Positions 25,389-37,526 of a DNA stretch of 64,000 nucleotides are shown one piece after another (the first letter of the stretch is position 1; the number at the start of each line of letters is the position of its first letter). The DNA is from an uncultured Chloroflexia bacterium (GTDB lineage Bacteria; Chloroflexota; Dehalococcoidia; Dehalococcoidales; Fen-1064), in assembly GCA_963754195.1 (NCBI GenBank), contig CAVWFD010000017.1, positions 18,692 through 82,691 of the forward strand, given 5' to 3'. Below the pieces are notes generated by a model. That model worked only from the letters and a program-made list of their open reading frames with translations. It did no database searches and was not told the origin of the DNA. Made by a program: the position numbers and the translations under genes.

Positions 25389-26918
25389 GTGCGAGATATC
25401 GCAGAAATTCTGGAGCACTGGCAAGTGGGAAGGAGCATTGGTGCCATTTCCCGCAGTCTTGATGTCTCTCGGGCTACTATTCGTAAATATGTTTATGCCG
25501 CCGAAGCCAGGGGGTACCGGCAGGGTGATCCAACGCCACCGCAGGGCTGGAATGCTTTTATCGCTGATGTTATTCCACGGCCGCCAGACGCGGCTACCCG
25601 GTCACCGGTATTTGCCGCGCTGCTTCCCTACCAGGATGAAATCATATCTGCTTTGGTCACCACAAAAGCCTCGACGATCTGGCAGAGGCTGCGGGACGAA
25701 AAGAAAGTAAACGTCTCTCAGCCCAGTTTCTACCGGTACCTGAGCTGTTTTCTTGGGGATGCCTGGAAAAAGCCGCTGATTACGGTTAGACGCGATGACC
25801 CGCCTCCTGGCGAGGAAGCCCAGGTAGATTTTGGTTACCTCGGCACATGGCAAGACCCAAAGACGGGTAAAAAGTGCCGATTGTGGGCCTTCGCCCTGAT
25901 ACTGTCTTATAGCCGGCACATGTTTGTCTGCGTGGTTACCCGGATGGGCCAACGGGAGTGGTTAAACTGTCATATTTCCGCCTTCCAGTTTTTCGGTGGA
26001 ACTCCGCTCCGAATTATCCCGGATAATTTAAAGACCGGGGTAATCAAGCCCGATCTCTATGACCCGAAGTTTAACCTTGGTTACGATGAGCTGGCACACC
26101 ACTACGGGATTATCATCGACCCCGCCAGAAGCGGAAAACCGAAAGATAAGGCCAGGGTAGAGCGGGTGGTCCCTTATATCCGGGACAGCTTCTGGTCGGG
26201 CAGAAACTTCACCAGCCTGGATGAAATCAACCGGCAAGCCAGGGAGTGGTGCCTTCGAGTCGCCGGAATGCATGAGCATGGCACCACGCATCAGCCGCCG
26301 TTAAATCTCTTTCGCTTAGCCGAAGAAAAAACACTCCGGCCACTGCCGGGGGCGCCGTTTGAAATTGTTACCTGGCATCAGTCTAAAGTGGCTCTCGATT
26401 GCCATATCCAGGTGAGCACTACTCTCTATTCAGTACCTTACCAGTATGTGGGGAAAAGGGTGGACGTTAAACTGGGCGGTAGAACGGTAGAGATATACCT
26501 CGATTCCAATCTGATTAAGACCCACCCCAGAGGTGATAAAGGGCGGAGGGTGACCGACTGGAATGACTATCCTCCGGAGAAGGCGGCCTTTTTCCAGCGT
26601 ACTCCGGAGTGGTACCGGCAGAAAGCCAGCGCGATAGGTCTCGCCACCAGGGAGACCATTGATAGCTTGCTGAAACTGCATGCTTTCCATTACCTGCGCC
26701 AGTGCCAGGGTATTTTAAGGCTGGAAGAAAAGTATGGGCAGGTGAGACTGGAACAAGCCTGCTCCCGGGCCAATGCCTTTGGCGACCCCTGCTACCGGAC
26801 GGTGAAGACCATCCTGGAAAGGGAACTGGACAAACAAACGCTTCTCTTCGAGCCGGTCAGGGAAGCCGGGGCTTTCTTACGCGGAGCCGAGGAATTATGC
26901 GGCTCAATTAAAAATTAA
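25389..26918 (+). CDS. istA: IS21-family transposase IstA
   Basis: HTH (VSRATIRKYV) and DDE core (QVDFGYLG, IIPDNLKTGV, KDKARVERVV). The GTG at 25389 follows AAGGAGG; the track start at 25308 is an alternative. Confidence 0.9.
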   Translation: MRDIAEILEHWQVGRSIGAISRSLDVSRATIRKYVYAAEARGYRQGDPTPPQGWNAFIADVIPRPPDAATRSPVFAALLPYQDEIISALVTTKASTIWQRLRDEKKVNVSQPSFYRYLSCFLGDAWKKPLITVRRDDPPPGEEAQVDFGYLGTWQDPKTGKKCRLWAFALILSYSRHMFVCVVTRMGQREWLNCHISAFQFFGGTPLRIIPDNLKTGVIKPDLYDPKFNLGYDELAHHYGIIIDPARSGKPKDKARVERVVPYIRDSFWSGRNFTSLDEINRQAREWCLRVAGMHEHGTTHQPPLNLFRLAEEKTLRPLPGAPFEIVTWHQSKVALDCHIQVSTTLYSVPYQYVGKRVDVKLGGRTVEIYLDSNLIKTHPRGDKGRRVTDWNDYPPEKAAFFQRTPEWYRQKASAIGLATRETIDSLLKLHAFHYLRQCQGILRLEEKYGQVRLEQACSRANAFGDPCYRTVKTILERELDKQTLLFEPVREAGAFLRGAEELCGSIKN

Positions 26919-26930
26919 AGGAGAGATTAT

Positions 26931-27698
26931 ATGACTGATAAGCACCAGATAGAAAACAAAATGAGGGCACTCAAGCTCAGTGGGATGATGGAAACCCTGG
27001 ATATGAGATTAGACCAGGCACAAAAAGACGGGGTAAATTTTACCCAGTTCCTTGAAGTACTACTGGAAGATGAGGTACAGCACCGGACAAACAAGAGACT
27101 CTCTACCCGGATTATCCGGGCTCACTTCGAGGAAGAGAAGAGTCTGGAAGGCTTTGATTTTAACTTCAATCCTAAACTACCTGCCCAGTATATCCGTGAG
27201 TTGGCCACCTGCCAGTTTATGGAACGTAAAGAATCAGTGATCCTCTGTGGTCCGGTGGGAGTGGGTAAGACACATCTTGCTCAGGCGCTGGGACACCAGG
27301 CTTGCCGCTCTGGATACAATGTCCTCTTTATGAAGACCAGCCGTCTCCTTGCCGACCTGGGCGGCGGTCGTGCTGATGAAACCTGGGAGAAGAGGATACA
27401 ACACTACCTGAAACCCAACTTACTGATAGTGGATGACTTCGCAATGAGGGAGTTTACCAAGACTCAGGCCGAGGACCTCTATGAGCTTATCGACCGGCGC
27501 CATCACACCGGCTCCCTGATAGTCACCGCCAACCGGGCACCCAAAGACTGGTACCCCCTCTTCCCCAACCCCGTCATCGCTGAAAGTGCACTCGACCGTC
27601 TCATCAGCGGCGCTCACATGATTACTCTTACCGGTAAAAGCTACCGGTCAATGCTTCGTCCTAATAAAGACCTTGATAAGGAGGAGGTAACTATGTAA
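26931..27698 (+). CDS. istB: IS21-family helper ATPase IstB
   Basis: Walker A GPVGVGKTHLA; Walker B LLIVDDF; 255 aa. Confidence 0.92.
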   Translation: MTDKHQIENKMRALKLSGMMETLDMRLDQAQKDGVNFTQFLEVLLEDEVQHRTNKRLSTRIIRAHFEEEKSLEGFDFNFNPKLPAQYIRELATCQFMERKESVILCGPVGVGKTHLAQALGHQACRSGYNVLFMKTSRLLADLGGGRADETWEKRIQHYLKPNLLIVDDFAMREFTKTQAEDLYELIDRRHHTGSLIVTANRAPKDWYPLFPNPVIAESALDRLISGAHMITLTGKSYRSMLRPNKDLDKEEVTM

Positions 27699-27800
27699 TA
27701 CTGCTTCTTACAGTGCACCAGGGGTGGTCAATTAACCTGAGAATCCGGGTGGAACATTAACTTGAGAATGGGTGGTCAATTAACCTGAGAAACGACACCA

Positions 27801-30210
27801 GTCGGTAATATTTTCTTGCCGAGTGATACCATCTTTAGAGTAAATATAAAATGGGAAACATTGAGTTTTTTCAAATCCTAAGTCCAGGGATACTATTTGA
27901 TTCGAAATTAAACATCCAAAATCAGTTCGATTCCCAATACCTGGTGTACAAATAGTTTGGTTATCTAGTTCACGATTAGATGAGGGGAAAATTATTCCGA
28001 AAAGAGCACGCATATCGATTAAAATATTATCAAAATAAAGATATTTATAAGTATATGGCCGATAAAGACAGATACGTATTTGGGTCTTATTAAAGGTGGC
28101 AAGGTGTCCATATTTTAAATGATTTTTTAGAGTACTACTCCATTTAATTTTCTCGTAATTTACAAAATTGTCTATGTCTTGTGGTTTTCCCTTATTTTCA
28201 TAGCGTTTTAATTCGGCATTATAATCATCGCAAAATTGCTCGACCCGTTCCTGTAATTTAAATTTGTTAAAATCATAGACTATTATATCTCGATTAGTTG
28301 AAATCCCTAATGAAAACTTTTTAAAAAATACTTTAGAATTTTGTTCTTTAGATACTTTTATTTGTCTTGTCCCGATAGGAAGAAATGTTTTAAAATTTGC
28401 ATTCAGTCCTTTTGTCATCCAATTATGATCGATATCTGGATGTATTTCCTCCCATTGAATGTTATATATATCTTTATAATTTGTAAGAAAATCAAATTTT
28501 TGTTCTTTATGCCAAGTATCTTTCGTTTCTTGATTAGAATATTAATGCTTACTCCTGGACGAATACCAAAACATTAGAATTTGATATGGGTTGTCCTTTG
28601 CGGCTATTCCCTCCCAAATCTAAAATATATAATGTATTGAAATCTTCTTCCAGACATCTTCTCATGGCATCAAAAGTTATGTCATGAATAAAACTATTAT
28701 TTGTCACAAATGCTACGATTCCTTCTTCCCCTATCCTATCGGATGCCCAGCGGATAGCTTTGACATATGGATCTCTTAATTTTCTTAACAGAACAGCTTT
28801 TGAACCTTTCCCGTAAGTTTGAAATACTTTTTTATCGTTTTCATTAACCTGTCCGGCATTATAAGGCGGGTTACCTATCACCACAAAGATCGGGGAAGCC
28901 TGCTGGCGCCTCACCCTGGCTGTATTAGCCCGTACAAACATAGAAGCCTGATGCTTGGAAGTCTCGAAAGTATCTACCAGACAGATACCTTCAAACGCCT
29001 TATATTCACCTGTAGCCTCATAGTACTCGTGTTCGATGTTCATGGAGGCAATGTAATACGGTAATAACATGACCTCGTTGCAGTGCAGTTCATTATCGTA
29101 TTTATAGGGCAATTTTGAGCGCTGGATTTCACGCATAATCGAGAGGATAAAATTACCAGTGCCAACAAATGGGTCGATAATGTGCACGCCTTCATCTGAT
29201 AAAGACCGTCCGAACTCTTTCTGCAGAATCTTCTCTACGGACTTGACCATAAATTTCACGATCGGCTGCGGGGTGTAGACGATCCCATGTGTATCTGCTA
29301 CCTTATTCTCAAATCCTTGAAAAAACTTTTCATAAACAGTATTTAAGAACTTTTGTTTCTGGGTAAAATCATCAATCGTAGAGGCAGCATCCTCAATAGC
29401 GGCGTAAAAACGATCCAACGGTTTCATAAATTCAGTGCGGCTGAAAGAATGTGAAGTTAAGGCAATAATAACTTTTTCGACCTCGTGAGCAATGACATTT
29501 CGTTCCGCAAAATCAGGATTATTGAAGACCTTACGGAAGATACGCTCGGTCAAGAGATGCTGAATTAACATTTCCTCTACTGCTTGAATGGCAATATTAG
29601 GATTTATTGTTTCTTTACATAACTGTACGAAATCATCGAATGCTTGAACAAATACGGTATTGGTAAGTCGTTCTTTCTCTATTAATTCTTGTAAAACGTT
29701 GGCTGCTTCTTTGACTTTATCTTTGAATTCGTCAGCTGCTTTTTCCCACTCTTCATAGGCTGGAGCTTCGTATTCAAAGAAGACTCGTAAGGCTTCTATT
29801 AATAAATCTGGACTAGAAATATTGGCATCGAAAACGCTTTTACCATCGTGATAGATGACGATGCGATTTGGAGCTTGAAACAGAATATTGTTTTTGGGAT
29901 AGCCGACAGCGAACTTTTTCTTGATTTCTTTATCGAGGTCATCGCTGCTATCCTTCGCTTCCCAATAGCCGTGGATAAGATTGAAGCTATCAGCCAGCGC
30001 GCCATCAATAATTAGATTATGACCGTTGTGTTTATAGGGAGATTTTTCAATCAAGGTATGTCCGAATTGGCTAGCGCAATGGCGCAGTAGAGAGGCAAAA
30101 GCAGGCGAGACCGCGCCTTCGTGGATAATGCCGCGGTCAGTGAGGTTGCTCAATGCCTCATAGTAGTCTTTGACTGGTTTATGGCTGGCTTTCAGATTGA
30201 GTGATTTCAC
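27801..30210 (-). pseudogene. Degraded type IIG/IIL-like (MmeI/YeeA-type) restriction-modification fusion: PD-ExK-like N-terminus, N6-adenine methyltransferase and target-recognition region
   Basis: IIDGAL...GYWEAKD (D...ExK), IIDPFVGTGNF (motif I) and VIGNPPYNAGQ (motif IV). The reading frame breaks at least twice between 28575 and 28520, and the 3' end is cut at 27800/27801 by IS21 (the last residues CRFSG* are IS-encoded). Confidence 0.75.
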
Positions 30211-30354
30211 GAATGATCCCTTTAATTATTAATGAGAAGCATAGTAAAATCAAAGGAATATGTCAAATGGGAAAGAAAAAAGGTAAGGCACCTGGATTCC
30301 ATGTGGTGGCACAAAATGGAGGGTATACAATATGTGGGGAGATTGGCCCACTCT

Positions 30355-30552
30355 GAGATTGCCACGAATGCCTATGGCAGTTTCGCAATGACAATAGAGA
30401 GGTTTTGGGACTGGATTCCTGCTTTCGCAGGAATGACAAGGGGTGGGAATGGCAATCGGGGGATAGTGGGATTGTCGGGAATTGTACACCCATCCTCGCC
30501 TTCTCTACATTCGCTTCGCTAAGTACCTACGACTGCGGTCTACGGCCATCAA
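30355..30552. repeat. Cluster of hairpin repeats: family A (30355-30392), family B GGATTCC...GGAATGAC (30413-30437), family D (30508-30552)
   Basis: Same units as at 885-921, 37280-37305 and 18229-18275. The ORFs predicted here are translations of repeats. Confidence 0.6.
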
Positions 30553-30639
30553 GGGAGAAGGGACTAACATTGGTGGATGGACGAAATATTCAGGAAAAAT
30601 AAATATGGAAACCATGCGATTGAAGCTTAAAATTTAATG

Positions 30640-30668
30640 TTGACACCCATAAATGGATATGCTATAGT
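30640..30668 (+). promoter_or_regulatory. Candidate rRNA promoter
   Basis: TTGACA-17 nt-TATAGT, about 165 nt upstream of the mature 23S 5' end. Confidence 0.55.
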
Positions 30669-30830
30669 CTATTTTGCATAGGAATAAGCTTATGATGAAA
30701 AAGGACAAAATGATCTAAAGCGATTTGGTGAAAAAGACCAGCCAGGCGGCTTGGTGCAAATCACCAAGCCGCCTTAAATTTGTCCGGCACATTAAAAATA
30801 AAATAGCGAGTTAGTATCAAGTCTGAAACA

Positions 30831-33797
<2,967 letters not shown>

Positions 33798-34035
33798 TGT
33801 TTCAGACTTGATATTAGCTTTTTATAACAGACTGACGCTGTATTGCTCAGTCTGTGTCATGACATGACCCGATTTTAGACTCTTTTTCTTTGATTTAAGA
33901 TTGAATTCATGCTACAATAATCATATAGAAATCCGGTGAGAAACCGGATTCCAAGAGACAGCCGGATAAGTATCTTGCAACAAAACGTAACCTGCTCTAT
34001 GATAGAGATGAGGCTGTCAGTAACAAGTGAATAGG

Positions 34036-34158
34036 CTTCCTGGTGGTTTGGGCGAAGTGGTACCACCCGTTCCCATCCCGAACACGGTAGTGAAACGCTT
34101 CAGCGCAGACGATACTGAGAGGACAACCTTTTGTGGAAAATATGCCATCGCCAGGAAG
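34036..34158 (+). rRNA. rrf: 5S ribosomal RNA
   Basis: CTTCCTGGTGG...CCCGTTCCCATCCCGAACACGG...GCCAGGAAG with complementary ends. Confidence 0.9.
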
Positions 34159-34227
34159 TTTATACTTTACCCAGCTTTTCAATATCTGACGGCGGTTGCT
34201 GTGCGGAGGTAGTTGCGGGAGGGAGAT

Positions 34228-36705
34228 ATGGCGAGCCGATTTGAGAAATTTTCAGAAAGAGCCCGTAGGGTGCTCACGCTGGCGCAAGAAGAAGCGCAGC
34301 ATCTGAATCATAGTTATATTGGCACAGAACACATTTTACTCGGTCTACTGAGAGAAGAAGACGGCGTGGCCGCCAAGGTGCTTACCAGTCTGGGAGCCAA
34401 TCTCGGTAAAGTCCGTTCCGGCGTGGAATTCATCATCGGACGGGGCGAAAAGCCCAATACCGGTGAAATCGGTCTGACTCCCCGAGCCAAGCGAGTTATT
34501 GAATTAGCAATCGATGAAGCCCGTCATCTCGGGCATAATTATATCGGCACCGAGCATTTATTACTCGGTCTTTTACATGAAGGCGGCGGCGTGGCCGCCG
34601 GTGTGCTGGACAGTTTCGGTATCACACTGGAACAGGTCCGTAACGAGACCATCAAGATTCTCAGTCAGAATGCCAACAAACAACCTCGTGGTACAGCACC
34701 GCGTACTGCCAGCAAAACACCCACACTCGACCAACTCAGCGTTGATTTAACGGCGATGGCGCACGCGGAAAAGCTCGATCCCGTCGTAGGGCGCGACAAG
34801 GAAATTCAACGTGTGATTCAGATTCTCAGCCGACGCACTAAGAACAACCCCGCTTTAATCGGCGAACCCGGCGTCGGTAAAACAGCAATTGTCGAAGGAC
34901 TGGCGCACCGCATCGCCTCCGGTAATGTACCTGATACTCTGGAAGACAAGCGTCTGGTAACATTGGATATGGCGGGCGTGGTCGCCGGTACCAAATACCG
35001 CGGCGAATTCGAAGAACGACTTAAGAAAATCGTCGATGAAATTAAAGCGGCAGGCAATATTATCCTGTTTGTCGATGAATTCCATACTATTGTCGGCGCT
35101 GGCGCTGCCGAAGGCGCAGTCGATGCCGCCAGTATTTTAAAACCGTCGCTGGCGCGGGGAACATTACAAATTATCGGCGCTACTACGCTTGATGATTTTC
35201 GCAAACACGTCGAGCGCGACCCGGCGCTGGAAAGACGTTTCCAACCTGTGCTCGTAGAAGAACCGACGGTTGAGCAGACTCTGGATATTTTACACGGCGT
35301 CCGTGTACGTTACGAAGAACACCACAAGCTGAAAATCAGCGATGAAGCCCTGCAAGCGGCGTCAACGTTAGCTTCACGTTATATTCCCGACCGTTTCCTG
35401 CCGGATAAAGCCATCGATTTAATCGATGAAGCTTCTTCCCGTGTCAGAATTCAGCGCGGCAGCGCTTCCACAACATTGAAAGAAGCCAAACGTCTGGCGG
35501 ATATTATACGTAAAGAAAAAGAAACTGCCCTGGCAGCACAGCAATATGATGATGCCGCTGCCAAACGCCAGAAAGAAATAGAAATGGAAGAGAAGATCAA
35601 AGTCCTGGAGAAAGAGCGGCAGGAAAAAGACAGCCAGGAACAATCTGTCGTCACAGCTGAAGATATTGCCGTCGTCGTCAGTATGTGGACCGGAATCCCG
35701 GTAACGCAGCTTGGCGGTGATGAGACTACCCGTTTGCTTCATATGGAAGAGGCTTTACATAAGCGTATTATCGGACAAGATGAAGCAATCGACACGATTT
35801 CTAAAGCTGTCCGCAGAGCACGTGCCGGACTCAAAGACCCCAGACACCCCATTGGAAACTTTATCTTCCTTGGTCCGACCGGTGTCGGTAAAACCGAATT
35901 GGCACGGGCATTGGCGGAGTTTATGTTCGGCAGCGAAGATGCGCTTATCCGCCTGGATATGTCCGAATTTATGGAAAAACACACCGTGTCACGGTTGGTG
36001 GGCGCGCCTCCCGGCTATGTCGGATATGATGAGGGCGGACAATTAACCGAAGCGGTCAGACGTAAATCATATTGTTGTATCCTGCTGGATGAAATTGAAA
36101 AGGCGCATCCGGATGTCTTCAATATATTGCTCCAGATATTCGATGACGGGCATCTGACCGATGCTAAGGGACGTCGGGTTGATTTCCGTAACAGTATCAT
36201 CATCATGACCAGCAACATCGGGGCTGATTTAATCAGGAAGGGTTCTGCCATTGGCTTCATGTCTCGCACTGATGAAACCAAAGTCAAGGAAGTCGAATAC
36301 GATAAAATGAAAGAAAAACTGCTGGGCGAAGTCAAGAAAGTCTTCCGGCCGGAATTCCTGAATCGTATCGACGGCGTAGTGGTCTTCCATGCTCTCAATA
36401 AACAAAATATACGCGCGATTGTTGACCTGTTACTCAAGACGGTCACAACGCAATTAACGGAAAAGGGCGTCAAGCTCGATGTTACCGAAGCCGCCAAAGA
36501 CCTGCTGGGCGAAAAGGGTTATGATGAAGCGTTCGGCGCACGGCCGCTGCGCCGTACTATTCAGGATATGGTGGTGGATAAACTTTCCGAAGCCATCCTG
36601 CGCAGTGAATTCCGCTCAGGCGATACCGCCTTGATCGATGCTGTGGACGGGCAAATCGTCCTGCGTCCGGCGCAGGTAGCCGCAATGGCTAACGCGGATA
36701 AATAA
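34228..36705 (+). CDS. clpC: ATP-dependent Clp protease ATP-binding subunit ClpC
   Basis: Duplicated Clp-N repeats, two AAA+ modules ([24 protein letters not shown]) and a UVR-like linker. ATG 34228 is preferred over the track TTG at 34213. Confidence 0.95.
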   Translation: MASRFEKFSERARRVLTLAQEEAQHLNHSYIGTEHILLGLLREEDGVAAKVLTSLGANLGKVRSGVEFIIGRGEKPNTGEIGLTPRAKRVIELAIDEARHLGHNYIGTEHLLLGLLHEGGGVAAGVLDSFGITLEQVRNETIKILSQNANKQPRGTAPRTASKTPTLDQLSVDLTAMAHAEKLDPVVGRDKEIQRVIQILSRRTKNNPALIGEPGVGKTAIVEGLAHRIASGNVPDTLEDKRLVTLDMAGVVAGTKYRGEFEERLKKIVDEIKAAGNIILFVDEFHTIVGAGAAEGAVDAASILKPSLARGTLQIIGATTLDDFRKHVERDPALERRFQPVLVEEPTVEQTLDILHGVRVRYEEHHKLKISDEALQAASTLASRYIPDRFLPDKAIDLIDEASSRVRIQRGSASTTLKEAKRLADIIRKEKETALAAQQYDDAAAKRQKEIEMEEKIKVLEKERQEKDSQEQSVVTAEDIAVVVSMWTGIPVTQLGGDETTRLLHMEEALHKRIIGQDEAIDTISKAVRRARAGLKDPRHPIGNFIFLGPTGVGKTELARALAEFMFGSEDALIRLDMSEFMEKHTVSRLVGAPPGYVGYDEGGQLTEAVRRKSYCCILLDEIEKAHPDVFNILLQIFDDGHLTDAKGRRVDFRNSIIIMTSNIGADLIRKGSAIGFMSRTDETKVKEVEYDKMKEKLLGEVKKVFRPEFLNRIDGVVVFHALNKQNIRAIVDLLLKTVTTQLTEKGVKLDVTEAAKDLLGEKGYDEAFGARPLRRTIQDMVVDKLSEAILRSEFRSGDTALIDAVDGQIVLRPAQVAAMANADK

Positions 36706-36732
36706 AAGTAATTAAGTCTAAATAGAAAATCC

Positions 36733-36764
36733 AGAAGAGGGAGTGCTTACGCACTCCCTCTTCT
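36733..36764 (+). terminator. Hairpin after clpC
   Basis: agaagagggagtgc-ttac-gcactccctcttct, a 14-bp stem with a weak T-tract. Confidence 0.45.
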
Positions 36765-36936
36765 CATTGCGCTGTCGTTTCCGCAAAAGCGGGAATCCAT
36801 CAAACCGCACAGCTCTAAAAATGGCGATTTATTCTTGTCCAAATTTATAGAAAAATTCAATCGTAAGGGCGTTAGGTGACAACACCCTTCTTTTTTGGTA
36901 AGATAAGTAAATAAGTCTGCTGAAAGGAGTATAGAA

Positions 36937-37158
36937 TTGGCGCAAGAAATTGTTGAAGCCCCAATCACCGGTACGATAATTAGCATTGAGGTTAAGGTTG
37001 GCGATAAAGTTGAAGAGGGAGATACCCTTCTTTTTATTGAATCGATGAAAATGGAAAATCCCATTATGGCGCCCGTGGCCGGTAAAATAGCAGAAGTGAA
37101 GGTTGCCGCCAAGCAGGTAGTAGAAACGGGCAAACCTCTGGTCATCATCGATAAATAG
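36937..37158 (+). CDS. Biotin/lipoyl-attachment domain protein (biotin carboxyl carrier-like)
   Basis: EAPITGTI...GDTLLFIESMKMENPIMAPVAG with the biotinyl-Lys MKM motif; TTG start after AAGGAG. Confidence 0.8.
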   Translation: MAQEIVEAPITGTIISIEVKVGDKVEEGDTLLFIESMKMENPIMAPVAGKIAEVKVAAKQVVETGKPLVIIDK

Positions 37159-37187
37159 ATTAGAGCTACTTCAACTGAATAAAATAT

Positions 37188-37222
37188 AAAAAGAGTGTGG
37201 ATTATTCTACGCTCTTTTTTTA
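37188..37222 (+). terminator. Rho-independent terminator after the biotin-carrier gene
   Basis: aaagagtg...cgctcttt stem followed by TTTTTTT. Confidence 0.55.
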
Positions 37223-37279
37223 TTATGCTAAAGCGGTGACGGACGCTGTCCGAAAATAGTCATCGGAAATTATTTATGT

Positions 37280-37447
37280 GGATTCCCGATCAGGTCGGGA
37301 ATGACAAACCGAGAATAATAGCTTCAAGCGAAGCTTGAAGCTATTATTTTATCATTGTCATTGTCGGGCTTGACCCGACAATCCAGAATTTTCAGACAGC
37401 CACCATGTACTATGCGGCTGAGTGGATTCTGGCCTGCACCAGAATGG
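37280..37447. repeat. Hairpin-repeat cluster: family B units (37280-37305, 37357-37384 reversed, 37424-37447) and a 16-bp-stem perfect palindrome (37314-37348)
   Basis: ggattcccgatcaggtcgggaatgac; gtcattgtcgggcttgacccgacaatcc; aataatagcttcaagc-gaa-gcttgaagctattatt. Confidence 0.6.
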
Positions 37448-37526
37448 AAGTTAGGGGGATGGATTCCTGTTCATTAGCTTCGCCGACTCCCTTGCTAAAT
37501 TCCGTCAAATCAAGTAAAGTCATTTC

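Larger units (their letters stand above)
25215..27800 (+). mobile_element. IS21-family insertion sequence (about 2.6 kb)
   Basis: Termini TGATGTAGTTTCTCAAGTGAATTGACC and GGTCAATTAACCTGAGAAACGACACCA are inverted. There are three subterminal TTCTCAAG-N-TAATTGACC repeats at each end (25224, 25258, 25282 and 27726, 27750, 27773), and istA-istB inside. No target-site duplication found. Confidence 0.85.

Noticed and set aside
25294-25710. A 138-aa ORF, and the 25308 ATG as the istA start.
   Set aside because: The 138-aa ORF is an alternative frame of istA. The GTG at 25389 preceded by AAGGAGG gives a typical IstA N-terminus, although 25308 cannot be excluded.
19189-30230. A complete prophage or integrative conjugative element.
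   Set aside because: No terminase, capsid, tail, relaxase or type IV secretion genes are present. There is only an integrase, IS elements and cargo, so it is better described as a decayed genomic island.
30232-30602. The 96-aa + ORF, with antisense and overlapping ORFs, between the RM gene and the rRNA promoter.
   Set aside because: The translations (WIPAFAGMTRGG, LSTYDCGLRP and similar) are read-throughs of the family A/B/D hairpin repeats. Both strands are open, which is typical of repeat DNA rather than genes.
33875-34212. ORFs 33875-34066, 33997-34182 and 34027-34212.
   Set aside because: They overlap the 23S-5S spacer and the 5S rRNA, and have no RBS or protein-like composition.
34514-36497. 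Antisense or alternative-frame ORFs within clpC (34818-35204, 35419-35742, 36015-36497 and others).
   Set aside because: They are nested within clpC and have low-complexity translations.
36747-37148. A 133-aa minus-strand ORF.
   Set aside because: It is antisense to the biotin-carrier gene and extends through repeat and terminator sequence. The + strand gene has the diagnostic MKM motif and an RBS.
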